13,131 bases of DNA from the NCBI GenBank assembly GCA_033442325.1, contig JAWQFM010000017.1:36697-49827 (forward strand), written 5' to 3'. The notes beneath the pieces are model-generated. The model was not told where the DNA came from. It worked only from the letters and a program-made list of their open reading frames with translations, and did not search any database. The position numbers were made by a program, and so were the translations under genes. This document shows, one piece after another, positions 1 to 11,296 of the stretch. The stretch comes from Salpingoeca rosetta. Lineage: Eukaryota > Protista > Choanoflagellata. How positions within the stretch are numbered: the stretch's first letter is position 1; each line of letters starts with the position of its first letter.

Positions 1-2198
1 GTGTTCCCAGTTGAGATGAGCAAGGGGAGGGAGGGAGAGATATGGGCGACACGACACGACGGCCAGTCAACCCAGCCCATCCAATCCAGCATCCACCGTC
101 GTGTGTTGCCTGCTGCAGTCATCATCACAATTACACAATCACACACAAGCACAGGTGCAAGCAAAAGGAATGAGCCACTGATATGTGTGTCACTGTCATG
201 TGATATGACCACCACACCATTCACGTGCATGTGCACACGCACCCCCATCCCCCAACCAACATCATCACCCTCCATCACTTCCCCTCACCTCCCTCCTTTC
301 GCTCTGCACTCCCACGTCGCACCACCACCATCACCACCATCACCATCACCGTGTCACTTCCCTCCTTTCCCCGCTTCCCACCACTCCACACAACTCAGCC
401 CACCAACCAACCAACCAACCGCCAACGATCATCCTCACCTGTGCTTGATGCAGCCAGCCAGCCAGCCGATGTGTCACAGCGAGAGCCAAACAAGGGAACC
501 GCAATCACATGCCACGGCCACCATCGTCATCACTGACGGAGCAGAAAGGGGAGATGAAGGGGGAAGAGTGGTGGGCACGGGCCGTGTGCTTCGTTGTCCT
601 CATCGGTGCATCCCAAACACGGTGCACAGCGCACATGCACACGCACGGCCATCATCACAGCAGCACACCAGCAGCAGCGAGCTAGCCTGCCCTGCGTGCC
701 TGTGAGGCAAGGAGAAACCAACCAGAGACGAACAACAATGACCGGTGGTGGTGAGAACACGAAAGGTGGGGCGCAAGGGACCACGCATGGGAACATGCAG
801 CATGTTGTGGGCGGGGGTGCATCAGATACACACAAGAACAACGAAGCAAGCATCCAACAGGCAAGCAACCAACCAAGCAAGCACGGTAAGCAAGTATCAC
901 CACATCCACCACTGCTGCAATACCTGTGTTGCCGCCGTCTCGATCACGCCTCAACCGCTCCACATCACATGGGGAAGGCTGATGAAGATGATGATGACAC
1001 AGAGCAAAGGCGATTGGTTGGAAAAAGGGGAAGGGGATTTGGTTGGGGAAACCCGAACACATCCGCCTGCAGCCACGCACACACGCACATTTGAGTTGTG
1101 TGATTGATTCATGTGAGACACATGTCAGTACCACCACCCCACAGCCAATGACTGCTCTGGTGTGTTAGCATGCATGTGTACATGCGTGTACATGCGTGTG
1201 AATGTGTGCTACCGCCCCATCACCCCATCACCGCACACACACACACACACAGCGGCAGCGTCTCACCTCGTGTCTTCTTCTCTGGCACATTTGTGTGTGT
1301 GCGTGTATCGCCCTGCTCATGTCATGAGGGCTTGGGAAGAGAACGGCCATCGTCCTGTGCAAATCACACACATGAACACATGCGCAAGCACAAACAACAA
1401 ATCAGCAAGAATCACACCACGCAGTGAGCCAGCATGGCAGAAACAAACCACACCCACCTCCTTGTGCCACATTCACATCACCCACATCACCACCTGTGCA
1501 CGCACATGTCACATCACCCCAAAGACACCATGACCACCACCACCACAAGCAGCACATATGCACATGCGTGTGCGTGCGCCACGTACATCCACCACAAACC
1601 ACTCACCACCACCATCGTCGTCGTCACGCGAGGCAACGGCACATCGACGCACAATACACCCTGTGTGTGTGCGTGTGGAGAAAGAGGTGAGTTGTCACAG
1701 AATTAGGCTTTCAACGACAACCACACCCATTGCCACCACCACCAACAGACCCAACGACATCCAACCAGCACAATCACACACATACGACATGCTGATGTTC
1801 ACACCCAGCACATCACACACCGCCCACGTCACCACCACCACCACCCATTCATCTCACCTCCACATCCATGGCCGCAGCCGCTGCTGTTGGTGACCCCAAG
1901 GATGACGATGACGAGGAGGAGATGGACAAGAGACAGAGGGCCAGTTCATCCACAATGCAGCCACACATCAGCTGTTTCTGGTGATGGTGGAAACGGTGAA
2001 AACAAACGGCCCCTTGCCACGCCGTGTCCTTTGCTCGCTCGCTCGGCTGCTTGGTTGGTCGGTTGGATGGAGACGAGATACATGGCCCTGTGCCCAAATC
2101 AATCGAAAAAGAGGGGGAAGAAGAAGAAACAGACACATGAGTGCGTAGAACGGACCAGGAAAGAGGGAGACGAAGAAGGAAACACAACGTGTCAACCA

Positions 2199-2227
2199 AC
2201 ACACACACACACACACACACACACACA
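2199..2227. repeat. (AC)n microsatellite
   Basis: About 14 perfect AC units. Confidence 0.9.
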
Positions 2228-2949
2228 TCTCAGTCGCCCTCTCACCTTCATCACTCGTCATCGTCATCGTCGTTGGTTCCACCGCTTCATGTGCTTCCTC
2301 AACGCTGTGAATTGTGTGTGTGCATGCACAGAAGATGGGAGGATGCAGGGGCGGATGAGGTTGACAGCGAAGCATCATCAACCACACGCCAGCCCCATCC
2401 AACCACCACAACCACACGCACACATGTTGTCCCCACTCATCCCACCACCATGCACACACACGCACACACATTGCTCACCTCTTTTATCAGAGCGACTGAC
2501 ATGTGCATTGTCTGCCTCACGCCAGATTGGGGCTGGTGTTGGCCCGCGTGTGATGTCGGCTGTGCAGTCGATGGCGATGACGGTGGTGATGGTTACGGCC
2601 GAGCTGAGGTGGAAGAGAGAGAAAGGAGAGAGAAATGGGGAAGGGTTGAGGATGGATCGTTCATGGCGGCTGCTTTTCTCCTCCACTGATGTGGCCCTGG
2701 TGCCCATGCAACCATCACAAAACGACAAGACACAACGACATCATCACACACAAGACACAGGCATGGCATGTGAGCACAGCAGACGTGTTCACCTTCCTGC
2801 CCCCTCCTCTGCTTTACTCCACCTCACACACACACACACATATACACACACACCTGCACATGACTGCGTCGCTGTGGTTGGATGTGCCCACCATGACCAT
2901 GGACGTGTGTGTCCACAGCTGCTCCTCCCAATCCATCATGTGTGCACCG

Positions 2950-3049
2950 NNNNNNNNNNNNNNNNNNNNNNNNNNNNNNNNNNNNNNNNNNNNNNNNNNN
3001 NNNNNNNNNNNNNNNNNNNNNNNNNNNNNNNNNNNNNNNNNNNNNNNNN
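2950..3049. other. Assembly gap (100 N)
   Basis: Exactly 100 Ns, the usual placeholder for a scaffold gap of unknown size. Confidence 0.98.
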
Positions 3050-5992
3050 ACCAAAGCATTGCATGATGGGCTCACCTTGCTCACGCATATGGTTAACACT
3101 GCATGAGCACAGCAGTGGCAGCCGAAATCGGGGGAGTTGCAGCAGCAGCCGGCATGCGAGCCCGCTTCCATCATTACCATCCTGATGTGTGCTGGTACCT
3201 CACCACCTGTGCATATGTGTGTGTGTGTGTATGTGCGTGGTTGCGGGGGGCGTGGTTGGGAACAGAACACAACATGCACAGAGCAAGCCATCATGACAGC
3301 ACAGCAGAAAGAGTGATTGACGTCACACGCACCACGTGTGTGTGTGTGCGTGTATGTGTGTGTGTGTCGGTGTGTGCGATCATTCCCCATCAACCCTTCT
3401 TCCACTTGTTCGCTTCATCGCACCCCATCACCACAGCCCCATCACACAACCAACCAACCACTCATCACCACCCACATACCATGTGTGAGGCGAGTGCAGC
3501 TGGCACGCGTGGCAAGTATCCTTGACATTTCCATCATCCTGTCTGTGCGTGTGCATCACCTGTAAATGTATTTGTGTGCGAGCACCAGCATGGTAAATGA
3601 GTGAGTGGGAGGGAGGAAGGGAGCATGGATATGTGCGCAGCCACACTGCTGCTGCCACTGCTGATGTTGTGCAAGCATGTGTGTGAAGAAGAAAGGGAAG
3701 AGAGAGAAAACAGAAAACAAAAGGGAAGGAACAAGACATGCTGCACCCCCCCCCATCCATCCATCCCTCTTCCTCACACACCATCGTCCTCTGTCATCAG
3801 CCAGCCAGCCACACCACACCACACGACACTCACCCAGCATCCCCCACCCCACCTCATCCATCCATCCATCCATCCAGCCAACACACATCTCCTCTTCGTG
3901 TTCCCTCTTCTTCACGCCCTCACCTCTGCTTGCTGCTTCCAGCCGAAAACGCAACTTGTGCTGTCGCTACCTGTTCCCAGCTGCAAACAGCCAGCCAGCT
4001 CCAGCAGCAGTGGGCGATGGGTTGGTTGGTTGGGGGATGTGTTCAGCAGCAAGTGATGGTGGTGGTGCATTCTCTGCTGCTGCTGCTGCATCGGCGGTGG
4101 AGGGTGTGTTGGCTGCTGCTGCTGTTGTTGTTGTTGTGATGGCCATCAGGGAGGGCGAGAAAGAGAGGGGAAGATAAGCAGCAGCTGCAAGGTGGGGAAT
4201 GTGCAGGTGTGTAAGCAGTTGTGCGTGAGAACGACGAGTGAGACAGCGCACCAAGCAAAGCAACAATACAGGCAGCCACACCACACACATGCATGCACAT
4301 TGATGTGGGACAACAAGGGGAGACAGGAGCAGCAGAGACAGCGACCACAAAACACGCACACTGGTGCGGTGCGCAGCATACACACACACACATGCAGTGA
4401 TGCACTCACGTTGCTCATCGCTTGCTTGCTTTGCGGTGTGAGTTGGTGTTGCTGTTTCCACAGCCGCACAAGCGTGGCTGGATGGTCATCACATGGCAGC
4501 GCCCGTCTGTTCATCCCACCACAGCAGTGGTGGTTGGTGGAGGGGGAGGGGTGACAGCTGCTAGCTCAAGGGCCTATGTGTGGCGACAGCAGAAAGAAGG
4601 AAGGGGAAACGAGCACGTGTGGAGGATGGTGTTGAGGGTGGTGTTGAAGGTGGGAAGGGAAGGATGTGAGCAAGACACAAGAACACGAGAGGTGGTAATG
4701 ATGGCGTGTGGATGGGTGGAGAAGAGAACACGCACGTCGACACACACACACACATGCACACCTGTCTTGGTGGGGGTCGCCCACTGCCTCATGCATCAGC
4801 CAGCACCTGCTGCTGCTGCTGCTGATGATGATGATGGAATACATTCATCTGCACGCACCACCACAAACAAACAAGCAACAACGGCAGTAGCAGCACAAAC
4901 AAACAAGCAACAATACCAGCAGCAGTGAGCAGCGTGGCACAGACAGAAGGAGAAGAAAGCAGGAGGAGGATGGGCAGAAACACAACCCCATGCACACACA
5001 CACACACACACATTGGCTGTGATGGTGGTTGATGTCATTTCCCCCTCTTTCACATGTGTGTGCTGCTCACTGGTTGAGAGGTTGCATGATCCATTCTCAG
5101 GGTCGCCGCTGCATGACGGTGGCTGATGGCAGTTGTTCTGTCACCACACAACGGTGAGCAAGTGTGTGTGTGTGTGTGTGCATTTGTGAGTGCCACACGC
5201 AGTGGTATGAGTTGGTATGTGATCCAACCACCCATGCGAGGATGGATTGATGGTGGTCCACCTGTGTGTGTGTGTGCACGATGACAGCGTGAACTGTGGT
5301 GTTGTTGTTGATGGGGGTGGTTGTTTGCTTCTGTGCGCAGTGTGCAAGGGGAAGAAGGGGAAGAGGAGGAGCACGGAGTGAGAGGAGGAAGTGGAAGCAT
5401 TCAATCTCACCCTCACCTGTCGATGGATGGGTCATTCATGTGGTCGTTGGCTGGTTGGTTGGTTGTGCGTGGTTCATCACAGGAGGAGGAAATGCACAAC
5501 GGTGGAAGGAAGGAAGGATGGATGGATGGGAGAAAGGGGAGAGACGGTGCGCACACCCTCCCTGCACATGTATGTGTGTGTGTGTATGTGTGAATGCGTC
5601 AGCGAGAAGGACGACGAAGGGAAGAGAAGGAAGGAAGGGAAGTAAGGAAGGAACGTGGCACGCACAACCACCAATGTGTGCGTGTGTGTGCGCGAACCAA
5701 TGACACATTCACTCACCTCACCTCACCTCACCCCACCTCCCCTCACCTGCCTGTCAGCGACGACGACGACCATGATCACCATCACCATTCCCACCACCAT
5801 CACCATCACACACCAGCTGCGCAGAAGAAGAAGAAGAATGAAGCAACGGCGAGTGGAGGATTGGTTGGTTGATTGGTTGGAATGCAGAATCGGTTGTTTG
5901 CTCGTTTCTTCTGCTTGCTGCTGGTGGTTTTTGGTGTGTGTGCGATTTTCCTCTTCCTCTTCTTCTTGCTTGCTGGCTTGCTGGCTCTGCCT

Positions 5993-6000
5993 TGATAAAT
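5993..6000 (+). promoter_or_regulatory. AT-rich TATA-like element upstream of 5S (-29 to -22)
   Basis: TGATAAAT is an AT-rich patch in the immediate upstream flank, at the position where many 5S genes have a TATA-like element. Function is inferred. Confidence 0.4.
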
Positions 6001-6021
6001 TGCTTGTCTTTACCGGTTATT

Positions 6022-6140
6022 GGCAACGTTCATACCAACGGGATCACGCCCGCTCTCGTCCGATCGCGGAAGCTAAGCCCGTTTGGGCCCGTTCAGTACT
6101 GCCGTGGGTGACCAGGCGGGAATCACGGGTGATGTTGCTC
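6022..6140 (+). rRNA. 5S ribosomal RNA gene (eukaryotic type, 119 nt)
   Basis: GGCAACGTTCATACC...CCGATC..GAAGCTAAGC...GTTCAGTACT..GTGGGTGACC..GGGAATCAC..GATGTTGCT has the eukaryotic 5S landmarks (CATACC, CCGATC, box A GAAGCTAAGC, AGTACT, box C-like TGGGTGACC, GGGAA). Helix I pairs GGCAACGTT (6022-6030) with GATGTTGCT (6131-6139). An oligo-T run follows directly. Confidence 0.96.
6071..6113 (+). promoter_or_regulatory. 5S internal control region (type 1 pol III promoter: box A, intermediate element, box C)
   Basis: AGCTAAGC at about +50 (6071) and GTACTGCCGTGGGTGACC at 6096-6113 match the positions and consensus of box A and box C (TFIIIA site). Confidence 0.75.
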
Positions 6141-6157
6141 TTTTCCTTTTTTTTTTT
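6141..6157 (+). terminator. RNA polymerase III terminator of the 5S gene
   Basis: TTTT-CC-T11 starts immediately after the 3' strand of helix I, as expected for pol III termination. Confidence 0.88.
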
Positions 6158-6346
6158 CTCTTCATATGGAGTGCTGTAGCTGCTGTGGCGCTTGCTGTCT
6201 CTCCTCTCTTCTCTCTTGTCTTGTTGCTTGGTTCGGTTTACTTCTTCTCTTCTTCTTTGCTTGCTGACTTGCTTGCTTCAACTTAGTGGTGGCGTGTGTT
6301 GGCTCATCTCCCTCTCTCTTGTTGCTTGTCTTTTGCGTTGCTTTGC

Positions 6347-6348
<2 letters not shown>

Positions 6349-6379
<31 letters not shown>
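6349..6379. repeat. (CA)n microsatellite at the end of the 5S downstream pyrimidine-rich flank
   Basis: About 15 perfect CA units. Confidence 0.9.
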
Positions 6380-6382
<3 letters not shown>

Positions 6383-6786
6383 CTGGCTGACATCGTGTCA
6401 TCTCAACGCGTTTACTTCCATGTACTGGCGCAGAGGAACCACAAACAGGTGGGCTGAACTAATGAACTAGTGACAGAGCTGATCTTGGTTACGCTGTTAG
6501 ACATCTTCGTCCTCTCCTCATCCTCATCCTTATCATCGTCATCGCACGCAAACACATCACATGGGTGCATTATCCTTGGCCGCCTTTCGTCGGTGAGCGG
6601 GGGTGTTGCACCATACAGACTCCTGCATCACATCGTGTGGCGTGTCATTGGGCGTGCCGTACGCCAGCCCTTCCACTTGCATCTTCCCCCTGCGAACATT
6701 TGTGCGTGTGCGCCATGAAGGTGTTGGTGGTGGCAGCGAGATGTTGTGAGGTGACCGTGCTGATTCGCACCCCTGCGCACGATCCC

Positions 6787-6888
<102 letters not shown>

Positions 6889-7212
6889 GCCACGCGTTGT
6901 CGCCGAACAGGTTGATCCTGGCAGACTCCAGTGTGCTGACAGCAGCAAACAACACAGACGAGACACAAGAGTTGGCAGATGGTGAGAGTGGTTGAACGGA
7001 CACGAGAACAAGCAAGCAACGCACACACTACACCACGAACGTCGCCACACTCACTCCACAACTCCCGTCCCACACAACGTACTCCCTCACCTGTGTGCAC
7101 GTGGGTGGAGAGGGACTTGAAGAAATCCTCAAACACAAACACAACGCGTCTCTGTATCATCTCCACCACCTCATCAGGGATCGACCGCAGGATCCTCGGA
7201 AGCTGAACACAG

Positions 7213-7213
<1 letters not shown>

Positions 7214-7305
<92 letters not shown>
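7214..7305. repeat. (TG)n intronic microsatellite
   Basis: About 46 perfect units, lying just upstream (on the minus strand) of the acceptor at 7204-7203. Confidence 0.95.
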
Positions 7306-7307
<2 letters not shown>

Positions 7308-7560
7308 CGACGTGGCATACAAGCCATCACCAACCACAAACCCCCATCAAAAACCATATCACCCCTCACGCATCGCTTCACATCCCCATGTCTCCGATCT
7401 GTCACCACACCTCGAGGAGCCTGTGCTCGGGAATGCGCATGCTGAACGTCTCCCAGTCCAGCAGGTCCTGGTAGGGCTGCAAGCACGCAAAAAGCACACA
7501 CCACAACATCACGTCACAGCACCATGAGCGACGGGAGGGGTACATCCGCACAGTGATGTG

Positions 7561-7566
7561 ACACAC

Positions 7567-7603
<37 letters not shown>

Positions 7604-7634
7604 CACACACACACACACACTCACACACACACAC
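7561..7634. repeat. Imperfect (CA)n intronic microsatellite
   Basis: CA run with AA and CT interruptions. Confidence 0.9.
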
Positions 7635-8042
7635 GAAGCGTCATTCATCTACACGCACCAGCACGTAGTGATCGACGACAATGACGGGAAGGCGCCCGCA
7701 GCCATGATCTATGAGGCATGAGAGGGGGTGACAGGAGATGGAAGGTGGGTGAGACCACGCACAGGACCGAAATCGTCTGCAACACACACAAACAAACACA
7801 CACACACACACAAACAAACACCTCAAGGAGTGGTAGCCAAATCCTTCCACGATGAGCCCAAACTTGGTCTCCAGCGCCAGCTCTGTGTACGTGTACTTGT
7901 TGAATTCTTCCTCTGCCTACTTGCACGAGGGGTCATACCCAACCTTCGCCCTCACGACCCATGCGCTCTTTGCCAAACCACTGGCACGCGCACACCAACA
8001 CAATGTCCCTGCGCATACACAAGCAAACGTACAAAGAGACAA

Positions 8043-8046
<4 letters not shown>

Positions 8047-8102
<56 letters not shown>
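8047..8102. repeat. (TG)n intronic microsatellite
   Basis: About 28 perfect units. Confidence 0.95.
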
Positions 8103-8108
<6 letters not shown>

Positions 8109-8681
8109 ATCCAGACAGACACGTACACGGCACCAAAATCTGTTCACTCCGAGGCAACGCACGACACACACGGAACACGATAACACACAACACATCGCAC
8201 GCGCAGCACAACACACCTGCCATTGTGCAGCTTGGGGAGGTGGTTGCGCATGGCATCAAGAGCGAGCAGACGTGGTAGTGCCCCTGCACAACAGGGAAAG
8301 AAGACACACGTCAAGCAGCCGCACCACAACAGGTTTGGAGTGAGATTGCAGCGGCTACAAGAAGCGCGAGTGGTGGTGCAGTGAGCGACACCAACCCCTC
8401 GAAACCCAGCAGCAGCAGCAGTAAACATCGAACCCCACACCGCACCACGTCACAACACGCACGCCTGCACAGACCTGCTTGTGCGGGTGGAACGCGTCGC
8501 TGCTCCGGTTTGAATGAATGAATGTCACCATGGAGAAGAGTGGGATGGACACATCGAGGCTGTCACAGTGGTGGAATTCACTGAGGTGGTGTGATGAGAT
8601 GGAACAGACAGGATTGGTGAAGCGTGTAAGCATCAGCAGTCGCACACATGGTGTGTGCCAACCCAACTTGCATTTCTGTTC

Positions 8682-8684
<3 letters not shown>

Positions 8685-8767
<83 letters not shown>
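8685..8767. repeat. (CA)n microsatellite at the junction between the propeller repeats and the exostosin relic
   Basis: About 41 perfect units. On the minus strand it begins at a GT donor (8767-8766). Confidence 0.95.
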
Positions 8768-8769
<2 letters not shown>

Positions 8770-9330
8770 GTGTCAGCATCGCGGATCGACAAGGAGAAGG
8801 TGATGGACGAGACAAGGCATGCGACACAGCAAGCCGTTGCCAGCCAACACTCACCACCACTCCACTTCTGGAACGGACAACATGGTTGCGTCCACTGCGC
8901 TTGCGGCTGGATCGACGATGAGGATGGATGGCGAGTTGCATGGAATGCCGTGACAGGAAAAGGCTATTGTCCACAGCCACGCCACTGATCCACTTGCATC
9001 CGCCATGTAGCAGCCCATCAAGCGTGATGGTGTTTGCTGTGCTCGTGCTGCGATCAGTGGTCACACCCATAGAGGAGGGTGCTGTGAGCCAGCACGCAGG
9101 CCGCGTGCAGTGCCCACATGGCTCAACCGGCTTGCAGACTGTTCATGGTGGTTGTGTCATCCACTGCTGCTGTCGCTGCCGCTGTTGCTGCTGTCATTGT
9201 TGTTGTTGATGGGCTGATGATGAGCACAGAGGTGGTGGGAGTTGTATCACAGGGAGGGATGCCGTAGATGAGGCCGTTGCTGGCGAAGCCGCCACCAATC
9301 CCAATCGCAAGTTGCCAGTGGCCTGCCGAG
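8768..9330 (-). pseudogene. Degenerate fragment encoding about four tandem 'W-x-GGVLAxNGLIYGIP-x-(S)VLIIDP' beta-propeller-like repeats
   Basis: Minus-strand translation across frameshifts and stops gives: GGGFASNGLIYGIP..TSVLIISPST; MW..CVLAHSTLLYG; STANTITLDGLLHGGCKWISGVAVDNSL/HGIPCNSPSILIVDPAASAVDATML; EWW/VLAGNGLLCRMPCLVHHLLLVDP. The repetition is visible directly. The propeller fold is an inference. Confidence 0.7.
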
Positions 9331-9568
9331 TGCATCTTGGATGCTGTTGCCAGACGGTGGGCTGACTGACAGTGTTTGTGGCTTGTGTCACACATGTATG
9401 CAACGGGCCAAGAAGGAGACTTGTTTGTGGTTGTTCACTGCCTGCTGGCTGGCTTGCTTGCCGTGCACTTGTCGTGCTTTTGTCCCGGTCGCAAGCAACA
9501 CAGCAGTTGTTACCCTCTTCCCTTTCGTTCCTCCACGCAGAGCACTGCTCCATCAAGCCGTTCACCCC

Positions 9569-9620
9569 TGCGTGTGCGTGTCTGTGCGTGCCTGTGCGTG
9601 TCTGTGCGTGTCTGTGCGTC
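9569..9620. repeat. Imperfect 10-bp tandem repeat (CTGTGCGTGT)n
   Basis: TGCGTGTGCGTGTCTGTGCGTGCCTGTGCGTGTCTGTGCGTGTCTGTGCGTC, about 5 units. Confidence 0.75.
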
Positions 9621-9821
9621 TGCCTTCCATCAAATCACAGCAGTGAACCCCTTTCAACAACAAAGCAGAAAGTGCTGACTCAGCAGAATTCTGTTTGTGT
9701 TTGTGTTTTGTGGCGGCAGTGACAGCGCTGGTGGTTGGTTGGTGGCGGTGTGCTGTGTGTGCTGTTCAGCCACTGTGGCGAGCATCGTCTCAAGCTCAAG
9801 TCCAATGCACCAAGATCAAGG

Positions 9822-9822
<1 letters not shown>

Positions 9823-9894
<72 letters not shown>

Positions 9895-9898
9895 TGTG

Positions 9899-9960
<62 letters not shown>

Positions 9961-10014
9961 TGTCTGTGTGTGTGTGTGTGTGTCTGTGTGTGTGTGTGTC
10001 TGTGTGTGTGTGTG
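9823..10014. repeat. Long (TG)n microsatellite with GTCT/GTTT interruptions
   Basis: About 190 bp, filling the 5' part of the first intron of the WSC-GH3 relic. Confidence 0.95.
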
Positions 10015-10289
10015 AAGCGGCTTGCGTGCGCATCCCTTCGTCCCATCGCTGCTCTCACCTACCAACACCTCTTCCCCTTCCCCCCACATCGTCACAGGAT
10101 GCTTCAAGGACAGCGCTGACAATCGGACGTTTGCGTTTGCTGGCAACATGGCGCAGACGTCCATGACGCGTGAGGCGTGTGCCACGCTTCTGCTACACCT
10201 TCAACTTTCCCCTCAAGCACCGTTGAGGATGGCTACCAATGCTGCTTCTGCGAACACCCAAGCTGAATTCCCACCACGCAGTCTCAGCG

Positions 10290-10528
<239 letters not shown>

Positions 10529-11206
10529 TTGCCCAGCCTCCCTCCGACTGAAACGAGCCATGCACGGGGGCGTCAACCGAGATGTGCGGAGCAGCCAATC
10601 ACATGAACATCATCCGGGCAAACTGTTCCGGCAAACCCGTTCCCACAGGTGATCCCAACACATACGCACACACACACACAACACACACACACATGCATGC
10701 ACGCACACTACACCACCCACTCAGCTCACACGTGCCTGCTGTTGCACTTTGCCTCGTCAGGCCATGCGTGCCTGTCTGCAGCGACAAAGGAGTTGCCGTT
10801 CTGCAACACGAGTCTGTCCATCGGTGCCCGCCTCCACGACCTCATTGGACGCCTCATTGGACCTGATCCTGTCACCGGTCCATGCGCCTTCCTCGACGAT
10901 GGCGTCAAGAGGTGGGAAAGGACATACAGCGCCCACGCAGTGACTCGTGACTATGTCTGCTTGTGTTTCCCCATCTTCCCCGTTTCTTCGTGCCACAGCG
11001 ACATCAACCGCCACCACCACGTCTCACACAAAAACACCACCTCCCTCTTCATGCTCACATATGTGTGCATGGATTGCAGGCTCGCCATCCCGTATCTGCA
11101 TCTGGTGGAGACGAGCACGGCCATTGCCTCTGCGTGCATCATCAGCCAGGACAAGTGTGCCACCACGTTCATTGAGCCCCAAAGTCTTGGCGCAGCCTTC
11201 AACCGA

Positions 11207-11208
<2 letters not shown>

Positions 11209-11295
<87 letters not shown>
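11209..11295. repeat. (GT)n intronic microsatellite
   Basis: About 43 units starting at the donor GT. Confidence 0.95.

Positions 11296-11296
<1 letters not shown>

Larger units (their letters stand above)
1..5990. repeat. Low-complexity, simple-repeat mosaic, apparently non-coding (possible 5S/rDNA spacer or subtelomeric filler)
   Basis: Interspersed CA/TG, CAC/GTG, CAG/CTG, CCAA/TTGG, CCAT/ATGG, GCAA/TTGC and GA-rich runs. ORF translations are dominated by HT, CV, poly-H, poly-S and poly-A. I recognised no protein motif. Confidence 0.6.

Noticed and set aside
1-705. 234-aa Pro/Ser/His-rich ORF
   Set aside because: It is a translation of C/A-rich simple sequence, starts at a GTG at the window edge and has no domain signal.
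1887-3185. 432-aa ORF on the + strand
   Set aside because: It spans the N gap, has a low-complexity HT/CV composition and shows no recognisable motif. Stop codons are rare in this repeat-rich sequence.
8850-8896. 'GRNHVV' on the minus strand, resembling the exostosin GRNH motif
   Set aside because: The overlapping frame gives a longer, better match to the adjacent repeat family (ILIVDPAASAVDATML), so the motif is probably coincidental.
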